Positions 49,969 to 58,458 of a DNA stretch of 64,000 bases are shown piece by piece; position 1 is the first letter of the stretch; each line of letters begins with the position of its first letter. Position numbers and translations under genes: made by a program. The notes below the pieces were generated by a model. It searched no databases, was not told the origin of the DNA, and saw only the letters and a program-made list of their open reading frames with translations. The DNA lies in contig JBAVWI010000020.1 of the NCBI GenBank assembly GCA_049697735.1, positions 7,174 through 71,173 of the forward strand, given 5' to 3'. The stretch is from Solirubrobacteraceae bacterium. GTDB lineage: Bacteria; Actinomycetota; Thermoleophilia; Solirubrobacterales; Solirubrobacteraceae.

Positions 49969-50616
49969 TTGGCCAGCGCGGCGTCAAAGGGCAAGCCTGC
50001 CGCCAGGCGGCCGATGTCGCCCCGCCGCCGGGAGGTTCTCGATGAGGCCGCCCGGCTTTTTCACGAGCGGGGTTACATGGGTACGAGCATGGACGACATC
50101 GCCGATGCCGTCGGTCTAACCAAGGGCACGCTCTATCACCACTTCCCGAGCAAGGCGGTGATTCTCGGGGAGATCTACGAAGAGGCGGTCAGCTTCGTAC
50201 TCGCGCACATGTCAGAGCTCGAGCAGCAGGGATCGGCGACCGCCGCGGTGCGCTCCATAGTCAGGGCGATCGTCGAGCTGATCGGCGAGCATCGCTATCA
50301 CGTCACGGTCTTCTACCAGGAGATGCGCTGGATCGGCGAGTGGCTTCCGGCCAAGGACGCCCGGGCCATTCGCAAGCAGATCCGGGAGTACATCGACAGC
50401 GTGGAGAGGGTGATCCAGCGCGGCATCGACGAGGGGGACTTCCGGCCCACCGACGCTTCGGTGGCCGCCTATGCACTGATCGGCATGGCCTCCTGGACGT
50501 ATCAGTGGTTTGAGCCGAGCCGACGTCTGTCGGCCGAGGCGGTCAGCGAGCTGCTGTCGCAAACCTTCCTGGAGGGGCTCGTCGTCCCGGCCGGACGCGG
50601 TCCGGCCAAGGGCTGA
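49969..50616 (+). CDS. TetR/AcrR family transcriptional regulator (candidate regulator of the supercluster)
   Basis: VLDEAARLFHERGYMGTSMDDIADAVGLTKGTLYHHFPSKAVIL. Starts 2 nt after the preceding stop, so it is co-transcribed. Start may be ATG 50014. Confidence 0.88.
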   Translation: MASAASKGKPAARRPMSPRRREVLDEAARLFHERGYMGTSMDDIADAVGLTKGTLYHHFPSKAVILGEIYEEAVSFVLAHMSELEQQGSATAAVRSIVRAIVELIGEHRYHVTVFYQEMRWIGEWLPAKDARAIRKQIREYIDSVERVIQRGIDEGDFRPTDASVAAYALIGMASWTYQWFEPSRRLSAEAVSELLSQTFLEGLVVPAGRGPAKG

Positions 50617-50624
50617 GCCGCCGC

Positions 50625-51227
50625 CTAATCGGCCTGCGTGTCGGCGCTGTTCTCGCGCCAGATGCGATATCGGCAGCGCGGCGCGCCGTCTCCCATCCAG
50701 GTGAGCCGGTCGGCACCGAGGTCTTCGTCGACGGTCTTGGCGATCTGGTCCGCCCACTGTCGGCAGCCCCGCTCACACAGTCCGTCAGTGATCGGGATTC
50801 CGGCGAACCTCGGCTTCTGCAGGGCATTGCCAAAGGCACAGTTGACGTCCAGCTCGGCCCCGTCGGGGGTCTCGCTGAGCACGGCGACGTCAGACCCCTC
50901 GGCCTGGAACTCGGCCTGCATGACCTGAGAGACCAGAGCCGCGCCCTCGCCGGGGAGCGAGAACCGGCGGCGGTAGGCCTCGGCCAGCATCGGGGTCGCC
51001 TCATCGGCGACCTCGGCGGCGATCCGGTTGGCAGCGTCCCACCCGTACAGCTCGCCGATTCGGCGGTAGACGGCGAAGTACTGGTGCTTAAAGACGTTGT
51101 GGAGCACCGCGTAGCGCTCCTCGAGGGGAAGCTCGACCGTCGAGGGGCCTTCGAGGTCGATGATCGGGAAGCGCTGGGGCGCTTGATCGGGTGGGGTCGG
51201 AGACGATTCAGGTGACATGAGGCCCAT
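50625..51227 (-). CDS. L-2-amino-thiazoline-4-carboxylate-hydrolase-like (ATC_hydrolase family) protein
   Basis: 200 aa. Helical N-part and C-terminal Cys-containing ...DGLCERGC...GDGAPRCRYRI, resembling the family's C-terminal RCDFRF-type motif (from memory). Confidence 0.45.
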   Translation of the reverse strand: MGLMSPESSPTPPDQAPQRFPIIDLEGPSTVELPLEERYAVLHNVFKHQYFAVYRRIGELYGWDAANRIAAEVADEATPMLAEAYRRRFSLPGEGAALVSQVMQAEFQAEGSDVAVLSETPDGAELDVNCAFGNALQKPRFAGIPITDGLCERGCRQWADQIAKTVDEDLGADRLTWMGDGAPRCRYRIWRENSADTQAD

Positions 51228-51236
51228 TGTAACCTA

Positions 51237-51248
51237 CCAACTGGTTGG
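51237..51248. promoter_or_regulatory. operator-like palindrome CCAACTGGTTGG (site 4)
   Basis: Fills the centre of the 24-bp gap between divergent start codons 51227 (-) and 51252 (+). Context is AACCTACCAACTGGTTGGTTGATG. Confidence 0.6.
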
Positions 51249-51251
51249 TTG

Positions 51252-52349
51252 ATGAGATACGATTGCCTCGTGCAACATCTTCGCCTCGGTCTCAATCTGG
51301 CTATGACCCACTGGGACAGCGGGCCCGAGCCCAACGTCGGACTCGCGCAAACCGCCGAGCGGCTGGGATTCGATTCGGTCTGGACCGAGGAGGCCTACGG
51401 CTCGGATGCGGTATCGCCGTTGGCCTGGGTGGCGGCGCTGACCCAACGCATCGCGGTTGGCTCGGCGGTGTGGCAGATTCCTGCCCGGACGCCCGCGATG
51501 GCGGCGATGACGGCGGCCACGCTGGACAAGCTGTCGGGCGGACGCCTGCGCGTGGGACTCGGCGTCTCGGGGCCTCAGGTGGTGGAGGGCTGGCACGGCC
51601 AGCCGTTTGCCCGGCCGGTGACGCGCACGCGAGAATACGTGGACATCATGCGCCTCATCCTGGCGCGGGAGGAGCCGGTCAGCTATCACGGCCGTGAGTA
51701 CGAGCTCCCCTACAGCGGCGACGCCGGGCTCGGCCTCGGACGGCCGCTCAAGCTGATCCTCCATCCGGAACGGAGGATCCCGTTCTACCTCGGTGCCTTG
51801 GGCCCCAGGAACATCGCCCTTACGGCCGAGATCGCCGATGGTTGGCTGCCGATCTTCTACGCCCCGCGGTGTGCCGAGGACGTGTTCGGTGAGTCACTGG
51901 CCGAGGGTTTCGCGCGCGCGGGGGAGGACAAGGCCCCGGGGCGCGGCTTCGACGTCGCACCGGTGGTGTCAGTGGTCGTCGATGACGATCCGGCGGTCGC
52001 CAGGCTCCCGGTCAAGCGCCGGATCGCGCTCTACATAGGCGGCATGGGGGCGGCCAACAAGAACTTCTCCAACCAGTTGATCCGGCGTTTCGGGTACGCC
52101 GAAGCCGCCGAGGAAATCCAGGCCCGCTTCCTCAGCGGTGACCGCGATGGCGCGGTACAGGCCGTTCCCGACGAGCTCATCGACGACGTGGCTCTGTGCG
52201 GCCCGCCCGCTCGCATCGCCGCGCTGCTGGAGGCCTGGCGAGCCAGCGACGTGACCACGCTGATCCTGGACACCGATGACGTCAACGCGATGCAGGCCAT
52301 GGCCGATCTGGTCCGGTCACCGGTAGCCACGCCTTCCGAGACGGCGTGA
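51252..52349 (+). CDS. LLM-class (luciferase-like) F420-dependent oxidoreductase
   Basis: LRLGLNLAM...AERLGFDSVWTEEAYGSDAVSPLAW...LSGGRLRVGLGVSGPQVVEGWHG. Start ATG 51252 (TTG 51249 also possible). Confidence 0.85.
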   Translation: MRYDCLVQHLRLGLNLAMTHWDSGPEPNVGLAQTAERLGFDSVWTEEAYGSDAVSPLAWVAALTQRIAVGSAVWQIPARTPAMAAMTAATLDKLSGGRLRVGLGVSGPQVVEGWHGQPFARPVTRTREYVDIMRLILAREEPVSYHGREYELPYSGDAGLGLGRPLKLILHPERRIPFYLGALGPRNIALTAEIADGWLPIFYAPRCAEDVFGESLAEGFARAGEDKAPGRGFDVAPVVSVVVDDDPAVARLPVKRRIALYIGGMGAANKNFSNQLIRRFGYAEAAEEIQARFLSGDRDGAVQAVPDELIDDVALCGPPARIAALLEAWRASDVTTLILDTDDVNAMQAMADLVRSPVATPSETA

Positions 52350-53185
52350 GCTCGGCCAAGGTCATCGATCTCGACGCGGCCGCTGCGCTGGTTCCCGACG
52401 GTGCCCGCATCGCCTTCGGCGGTGGCGGCGCGGCGATGCGGCGCCCGATGGACTTTGCCCGCGCGCTGGCCCGGCGAAAAGCGACCGGCCTACACGTGCT
52501 CCACATGCTCGGCGGTCTCGAGACCGATCTCCTGATCGGCGCCGGCTGCGTGACGGCTACGAGCTGCGCCTACGTTGGGCTGCTCGAGCACGGGCAGGCG
52601 CCCAACTTCCAGCGCGCCGCTCGCGAGCGGATGCTGCAGGTCAACGAGTACAGCGAGTTCATGTACATCGCATCTCTGCGGGCGGCGGACATGGGCCTGC
52701 CCTTCATCCCCTGGAAGACCCCGTGGGGCTCGGACATGATCGCGAGTCTCGGTCTCCGCAAAGTCGTCAACCCGTACACCGGCGACGCGCTGCTCGCCGT
52801 GCCGGCCGCCCAGATCGACGTGGCCGTGATCCAGGTCCGGCGAGCGGACGCCGACGGCTACGTCGAGATGCCCGTCGAGCCCGATCTCATCTGGGATTAC
52901 GACACGCTCGTCGCTCGGGTCGCCGCGACCACGATCGTCTGCGCCGAGGAGATCGGTCCGGTCAGCGATCCCGCCCGCGTGGCCCTCATCGGCCGCGAGG
53001 TCACCTGGGTGGTCAGCGCTCCCGGCGGCGCGTGGCCGACCGGCCTGCATCCCCTCTACCAGCCCGACATCACGCATCTGGTCACCCAGTACCTGCCCGC
53101 CGCGCTTGCCGGCTCTGACCAGTTCGGGGAGTACCTCTCCAGGATCGAGGATGGCTCGAGGGCACTGCTTGGATCCGATGGCTGA
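52346..53185 (+). CDS. CoA-transferase-like subunit A, pair 2
   Basis: VPDGARIAFGGGGAAMRRPMDFARALARRKATGLHVLH...EFMYIASLRAAD...DVAVIQVRRADADGYV. GTG overlaps the LLM stop (GTGA). Confidence 0.75.
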   Translation: MSSAKVIDLDAAAALVPDGARIAFGGGGAAMRRPMDFARALARRKATGLHVLHMLGGLETDLLIGAGCVTATSCAYVGLLEHGQAPNFQRAARERMLQVNEYSEFMYIASLRAADMGLPFIPWKTPWGSDMIASLGLRKVVNPYTGDALLAVPAAQIDVAVIQVRRADADGYVEMPVEPDLIWDYDTLVARVAATTIVCAEEIGPVSDPARVALIGREVTWVVSAPGGAWPTGLHPLYQPDITHLVTQYLPAALAGSDQFGEYLSRIEDGSRALLGSDG

Positions 53186-54032
53186 ACTCGAGTACAGCGT
53201 CGACGAGCTCATGTGCGTACTGATGGCGCGCGAGATCCGCGACGGCGAGTGGGTGAACCACGGCGCGGTGGTGCCGCTGGCCGGCGCCGCGCTGATGCTC
53301 GCCAAGCAGACCCACGCGCCGAACCTCGACTTCTTCTACCTGGGGACCGTGTTCAACTCGATCAGCCCTGCCGAGCCCAACCTTGCGCGTCTGATGACCG
53401 AACCCGAGCTCGCCTACCGGTCCTCGCGCGCCCTGATCTCCCATCAGGACATCCTCAACTTCACCCTCCGCGGCAACTGCAGCTTTCAGTTCCTGCGCCC
53501 GATCCAGATCGACGGCGAGGGCAGCGTCAACGTAAGCCTGATCGGCTCGCCCTCGGCACCGCGCTACCGCTTCCATGGCATCGCCGTGGCGGACGCGATG
53601 ATCCTGGTCAAGCGGGTCTGCCTGTACGTGACCGAACACGATCCTCGGGTGCTGGTGGATAAGCTGGGCTTCCGCACCGGCGCCGGCCATGTCCAAGCCG
53701 ACTGCTGGCGCCGGCCCCTCGGTGCGCCCGGAGGTGGTCCCGTCTCGGTGGTCACGCCGCTGTGTGTGTTCGATTTCGAAACCGACGACGGGCGGGCGCG
53801 GCTGCGCTCGGTCCATCCCGGCGTCACGGTCGAGCACGTGATCGAGAAGACCGGGTTTGGCTTTCCCGTATCCGACCAAGTGCCCGAGTCCGAGGCTCCC
53901 ACGGCCGACGAGCTTCGGGTCCTGCGCGAGGTCGTGGATCCGATGGAGACACGCAAGATGGAGTTCAAGCAGTGGCGCGCGGCTGTTCAGGCGCGCTTGA
54001 ACCAGGCCGGCGCAGATGCCCACTCGCGCTGA
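53178..54032 (+). CDS. CoA-transferase-like subunit B, pair 2
   Basis: 284 aa from ATG 53178. VDELMCVLMAREIRDGEWVNHGAV...LRPIQIDGEGSVNVSLIG...VTPLCVFDFET...LRSVHPG. No SENG motif. Confidence 0.72.
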   Translation: MAELEYSVDELMCVLMAREIRDGEWVNHGAVVPLAGAALMLAKQTHAPNLDFFYLGTVFNSISPAEPNLARLMTEPELAYRSSRALISHQDILNFTLRGNCSFQFLRPIQIDGEGSVNVSLIGSPSAPRYRFHGIAVADAMILVKRVCLYVTEHDPRVLVDKLGFRTGAGHVQADCWRRPLGAPGGGPVSVVTPLCVFDFETDDGRARLRSVHPGVTVEHVIEKTGFGFPVSDQVPESEAPTADELRVLREVVDPMETRKMEFKQWRAAVQARLNQAGADAHSR

Positions 54033-54909
54033 CCTGGTCCTCGACGAGGAGGCTGCGCTGGACTTCCTCAAGGACGGCATGACTGTGGCCATCGGCGGCT
54101 TCAACACCGCGGCTCATCCGATGATCCTGGTTCGCGGCATCGTCCGTCGTGGCCTGCGCCGCCTGCGGGTAATCGGTGGGACCATCGCCGGGCTCGAGCT
54201 GGATCTGCTGATTGGGGCCGGCTGCGTGGATGAAGTCGTCACCTCCTCGGTCACCGGAGAGGCGCTGGCGGCGATCGGCCCGTTCTTTCGCGCTGCCGCC
54301 GAGCAGGGTGCGGTGCGGGTCTGGGAGAGCGACGAGGGGATTCTCTACGCCGGGTTGCGGGCTGCCGGGCAGGGACTTCCGTTCTTGCCCTGGAAGGCTG
54401 GGGTCGGGTCCTCGCTACCCGAGGTCAACCCTGACCTGAAGGTGTTTGAGGATCCGATCGGCGGCGAGCTGCTGCTGGCCGTCCCGGCCCTCAAACCCGA
54501 TGTGGCCATCATCCACGTCGCCCGCGCAGACCACCACGGCCTCGGCCAGCACATCGGCTCCGGCTTCGGAGACCGGCTTCTACACCGCGCCGCTGACCGC
54601 ACGATCATCACCACCGAGAAGGTGGTGCCCAACGAGACCATCCGCGCTGCGCCCGAGCTGACTTCGATCCCCTATGGCGACGCCGTGGTCCGCGCGCCCT
54701 GGGGTGCCCACCCGTTCTCGAGTCCGGGCCACTACCTCGTCGACGAGCTCCACCTGGAGGAGTACCTGCAGGCTGCGGGCGCCTCGCGCCGTGGCGATCA
54801 AGCCCCCTTTCAGACTTACCTGGAGCGCTACATCACCGGTCCGGCCTCCCACGCGGACTACCTGGAGGCCGTGGGGATCAAGCGCCTGCTCGAGTTGGAG
54901 GAGTGGTGA
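54016..54909 (+). CDS. CoA-transferase-like subunit A, pair 3
   Basis: LKDGMTVAIGGFNTAAHPMILVRGIVRRGLRRLRVIG...ESDEGILYAGLRAAG...DVAIIHVARADHHG. Confidence 0.78.
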   Translation: MPTRADLVLDEEAALDFLKDGMTVAIGGFNTAAHPMILVRGIVRRGLRRLRVIGGTIAGLELDLLIGAGCVDEVVTSSVTGEALAAIGPFFRAAAEQGAVRVWESDEGILYAGLRAAGQGLPFLPWKAGVGSSLPEVNPDLKVFEDPIGGELLLAVPALKPDVAIIHVARADHHGLGQHIGSGFGDRLLHRAADRTIITTEKVVPNETIRAAPELTSIPYGDAVVRAPWGAHPFSSPGHYLVDELHLEEYLQAAGASRRGDQAPFQTYLERYITGPASHADYLEAVGIKRLLELEEW

Positions 54910-55703
54910 GCCCACCGGATGAGGCCTTCAGCCGCGACGAGCTGCTCGCCGCCTACGTGGCCGGCCAGATCGAGAACGGCGACCGCCTCTTCGTCGGCGC
55001 CAACCTGCCGGTCCCACGGGCCGGCAATCTGCTCGCTCACCTCACCCACGGACCCGACATCAAGGTTTCCGTGGGGATGGTGAGCACCAACCTGCTCAAC
55101 GAGCCGATCCTCGAGCCGTTGAAGTTCTCCACCGACTATCGCATGGCCCGCTTCGCCGAGGCGGTTGTGGTCCACAACGACATCTTCGACGCTCCGCGCA
55201 AGGTCTCCGACCTGTTTTTCGTGGGCGGAATCCAGATCGACCGCTACGGCAATACGAACCTGATCGGGTTGGGCGAGGACTACGCACGGCTGCGCTTTCG
55301 CGGGCCCGGCACACTCGGCACCGCGTCAATGGCCTACTACGCCAAGCGCTATTACATCTACGCCCAGCAGCACTCCCCGCGCGTCTTCGTCGAGCGATGC
55401 GACTTTGTGTCCGTGTTCGGCCATGGCGAGGGCGCGGATCACCGGGCGCGGCTGGGCCTTGATCGCTTCAATCGCGGCCCGACCTCGGTCATCACCCCGC
55501 TGGCCATCCTCGACTTCGAGACGCCCGACCATCGCATGCGGATCCAGAGCGTTCATCCGGGAGTCAGCGTCGATGACGTGCATGCCGCCACCGGGTTCGA
55601 GCTCGAAGTCCCGCCGGATGTTGCGGTCACGCCGGAGCCGACCGCGGAGCAGATCGCGCTGCTGCGCGAGCGCATCGACGTGGAGGGTCTCCTGCGCAGG
55701 TAA
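54903..55703 (+). CDS. CoA-transferase-like subunit B (IpdB-like), pair 3
   Basis: RDELLAAYVAGQIENGDRLFVGANL...VGGIQIDRYGNTNLIGLG...ITPLAILDFETPDHRMRIQSVHPG. No SENG motif at the expected position. Confidence 0.78.
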   Translation: MVSPPDEAFSRDELLAAYVAGQIENGDRLFVGANLPVPRAGNLLAHLTHGPDIKVSVGMVSTNLLNEPILEPLKFSTDYRMARFAEAVVVHNDIFDAPRKVSDLFFVGGIQIDRYGNTNLIGLGEDYARLRFRGPGTLGTASMAYYAKRYYIYAQQHSPRVFVERCDFVSVFGHGEGADHRARLGLDRFNRGPTSVITPLAILDFETPDHRMRIQSVHPGVSVDDVHAATGFELEVPPDVAVTPEPTAEQIALLRERIDVEGLLRR

Positions 55704-55793
55704 GGATGCGGCGGTCCGGCGGGTGGCGGCCATCCCCGAGGTTCTCGGGCCGCCCGCTTGCACGGCGCCGGAACCCATGGTATGTTTCCTCAA

Positions 55794-55805
55794 CCATCCG
55801 GTTGG
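55794..55805. promoter_or_regulatory. operator-like site CCATC-CG-GTTGG (site 5, one mismatch)
   Basis: Context is TCAACCATCCGGTTGGTTGGGAGGG, 20 nt before ATG 55825 of the ABC permease. It shares the GGTTGGTTG right arm with sites 2, 4, 6 and 7. Confidence 0.5.
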
Positions 55806-55824
55806 TTGGGAGGGAAGAGGAGAG

Positions 55825-56901
55825 ATGGAATCTTCTGGAGAGCAGACGGTGGGCCTGGACCCGCAGCCGGCCGGATTGGCTGGCGGCGGAGCCCCGACGG
55901 CGGCCGCGCCTTCGCCGCCTCCACGGACCGACGACCGGCTCCCCGGGGAGAGCCCCTGGCGCCGGCGCGTCACTCGGCTCGGCGATCGCTACGGGGTCAT
56001 TCTCACCTTCATCGCGATCATCGTCGTGTTCTCGATCCTGGACCCGTCGGGCTTCCCGACCTGGCGCAACCTCCAGACGATCCTAACCCAGACCGGGACG
56101 GTGATTCTGCTGGCCATCGGGCTCACCTTTGTGCTCGCGGCCGGAGAGTTCGACCTCTCGTTCCCCTACGCGTTCGGACTGGTCAGCGGTGTACTGGTGA
56201 TCGCCTTGACCAAGTGGCACATGGGCACGTTCGAGGCGGTGGCGATCGGTCTGGCGTGTGGTGTGCTCACCGGAGTCATCAACGGGTTGCTGGTCGCCAC
56301 CCGGCGGGCCTCGTCCTTCATCCTGACCCTTGCCGCCGGCTCGGCCTACACCGGTCTCATGTACGCCGTTGCCGGTCAGGCGCCGATCATCAACGGCATT
56401 CCCAACAACTACGTCAACATCGCCAACCGGTCGGTCCTCGGCTTTAGCACTGTGGTCGTGCTGGCGCTGGTCACGGCGATCCTCGCCGCGGTGGTCCTCC
56501 GGGCCACGGTCTTCGGCCGCCACGTCCAGGCCACCGGCTCCAACGCCGAGGCGTCGGCCATCGCCGGCGTCCGCGTCAACCGTGTCCGGATCGGCGCCTT
56601 CGCCGTGTTGGGGTTGTTCGTTGCCGCGGCGGCGATCATCGATACCTCGACCTCGGCTGCCTTCTATCCGAGCGCCGGACAGGGCTACTTCTTGCCGCCT
56701 TTCGTCGCCGCCTTCGTAGGCACGTCCGTCCTGGGCCGGGGGCGGTTCAATGTGCTCGGGACGGTCATCGGTGCTTTGTTCATCGACACCCTCCAGGTCG
56801 GTCTGATCCAGCAGAACGCGCCCTCCTGGGTGATCTACGTGGTGCAGGGAGTCGTGCTGGCCATGGCGGTCATGGTCACTGCCCAGAAGCGCCGTACCTG
56901 A
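55825..56901 (+). CDS. ABC transporter permease, CUT2 (ribose/xylose-type) family
   Basis: 358 aa from ATG 55825 (GGGAGGGAAGAGGAG ribosome-binding site). Multi-pass membrane protein: ...LLAIGLTFVLAAGEFDLSFPY...GFSTVVVLALV... The listed 498-aa ORF overlaps the preceding gene. Confidence 0.82.
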   Translation: MESSGEQTVGLDPQPAGLAGGGAPTAAAPSPPPRTDDRLPGESPWRRRVTRLGDRYGVILTFIAIIVVFSILDPSGFPTWRNLQTILTQTGTVILLAIGLTFVLAAGEFDLSFPYAFGLVSGVLVIALTKWHMGTFEAVAIGLACGVLTGVINGLLVATRRASSFILTLAAGSAYTGLMYAVAGQAPIINGIPNNYVNIANRSVLGFSTVVVLALVTAILAAVVLRATVFGRHVQATGSNAEASAIAGVRVNRVRIGAFAVLGLFVAAAAIIDTSTSAAFYPSAGQGYFLPPFVAAFVGTSVLGRGRFNVLGTVIGALFIDTLQVGLIQQNAPSWVIYVVQGVVLAMAVMVTAQKRRT

Positions 56902-56917
56902 GCGACTGCAGAGGGCT

Positions 56918-58453
56918 GTGACCGCTACACCCACCGCCTCGAGCGACCCCGGATCTGCCGACACGCCTGGGCGCGTTCCCGTGCTGAGCACGGTGGGCGT
57001 GTTTAAGAGCTACGACGAGGTCCAGGCGCTGCGCGGGGTGGACTTCTCCCTCTACCCCGGCGAGGTCGTCGGCCTGGTGGGTGCCAACGGAGCCGGAAAG
57101 TCGACGCTGATCAGGATCCTGACCGGACTCGTCGCGCCCGATGCCGGCGAGGTGATGGCCGAAGGCACACCGATGCGACCGACCATCCAGGCAGCTCGGG
57201 CCGCGGGCGTCACCGCCGTGCATCAGGAGCTCAATCTGGTGCCCGCTGCGACCGTGGCCGAGAACGTCTTGCTCTGGAATCTGCCCCGCCGGGCCGGAAT
57301 GGTCAGCCGCAGGGAGATGCGCCGCCGGGCCGGCGAGGTGGTGGCCCAGCTCGGCGTCGAGCTTCCGCTCGACATGCCGGCGGCGGAGCTCACCGCGGTC
57401 CAGCAGCGACTCGTGATGGTGGCGGCCGCGCTCTCCCAGAATGCCAAGGTGCTGATCCTCGATGAGCCGACCGCGTCGCTTCCCGCAGACGAGGCCCAGC
57501 ACGTGCTCAAGGTGGCACGGGAGCTGCGTCGCCTAGGCAAGTCGGTCGTGTTCGTCTCGCACCGTCTCGACGAGGTCGTGGCGGTGGTCGACCGTGCCGT
57601 GGTCATGCGCGACGGGCGCGTGGTCCGAGAGCTCGCGCCGGGTGAGGTCGACATCGAGACGATGATGGAGCTGATCGGAGCCAAACGGGTGGCCGCGCTC
57701 GATCGCCGGCTCAGACATCCGATCAGCAACCGCACCGAAGTCATTCTCTCCGCCCGCGGCGTATACGGAAGCCGCGTCCGCGAGCTCGAACTCGACGTCC
57801 GCGGAGGTGAGATCCTCGGCGTCGCCGGTCTGGTCGGAGCCGGCCGCAGCGAGCTCCTGCGCCTGCTGGCCGGAGTGCAGCGCCACCGAGCGGGCGAGCT
57901 CCTCCTACGAGGCAAGTCGTGGAGTCGCGACGCAGCTCGGGGCGAGGTCGGATATGTGGGGGAGCGGCGTGGTGACCATCTCTTTGCCGACTTCGACGTG
58001 AGTTCGAACGTCAGCCTGCCCAGCCTGGGGCGCTTCAAGCATTGGCGCTGCCTACTGGACGCAAAGCAGGAGCACAACTCGGTGGCCGATGTCCTCGGGC
58101 GAACCGGCGTCAAGGGGGGCCCACGTGACACGATGGGATCCCTCTCGGGAGGCAACAAGCAGAAGGTCCTCCTCGCGCGCTGGTTGCTGGTCGAGTCCAA
58201 GGTCCTGATCCTGGACGAGCCGACCGCCGGGGTCGATGTCGGGGCTCGGGCTGAATTGCACGCTCTGCTGCGAGAGATCGCCGATGCCGGCGGAGCCGTC
58301 GTGGTGGCGATCTCCGACCCCAAGGAGCTCCTTGCGCTGTGTAACCGGGTGATCGTCCTCAGAGAAGGTCGGCTCACCTTGGATACGGTGGCGCCGTTTC
58401 ACGAGGGCGAGATCCTGGCCGCGTCGTACGCTGATCTCTCGGTCACGGCCTGA
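56918..58453 (+). CDS. sugar-type ABC transporter ATP-binding protein (duplicated ATPase, RbsA-like)
   Basis: 511 aa. Walker A GANGAGKST, a second cassette LSGGNKQKVLLARWL / ILDEPTAGVD, and a first-cassette signature degenerated to AVQQRLVMV. Confidence 0.85.
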   Translation: MTATPTASSDPGSADTPGRVPVLSTVGVFKSYDEVQALRGVDFSLYPGEVVGLVGANGAGKSTLIRILTGLVAPDAGEVMAEGTPMRPTIQAARAAGVTAVHQELNLVPAATVAENVLLWNLPRRAGMVSRREMRRRAGEVVAQLGVELPLDMPAAELTAVQQRLVMVAAALSQNAKVLILDEPTASLPADEAQHVLKVARELRRLGKSVVFVSHRLDEVVAVVDRAVVMRDGRVVRELAPGEVDIETMMELIGAKRVAALDRRLRHPISNRTEVILSARGVYGSRVRELELDVRGGEILGVAGLVGAGRSELLRLLAGVQRHRAGELLLRGKSWSRDAARGEVGYVGERRGDHLFADFDVSSNVSLPSLGRFKHWRCLLDAKQEHNSVADVLGRTGVKGGPRDTMGSLSGGNKQKVLLARWLLVESKVLILDEPTAGVDVGARAELHALLREIADAGGAVVVAISDPKELLALCNRVIVLREGRLTLDTVAPFHEGEILAASYADLSVTA

Positions 58454-58458
58454 CCGCC

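Noticed and set aside
55405-55824. N-terminal 140 codons of the listed 498-aa permease ORF.
   Set aside because: They overlap the end of CoA-transferase-like B3 in another frame and have non-protein-like composition. ATG 55825 has a strong ribosome-binding site and follows the operator site.
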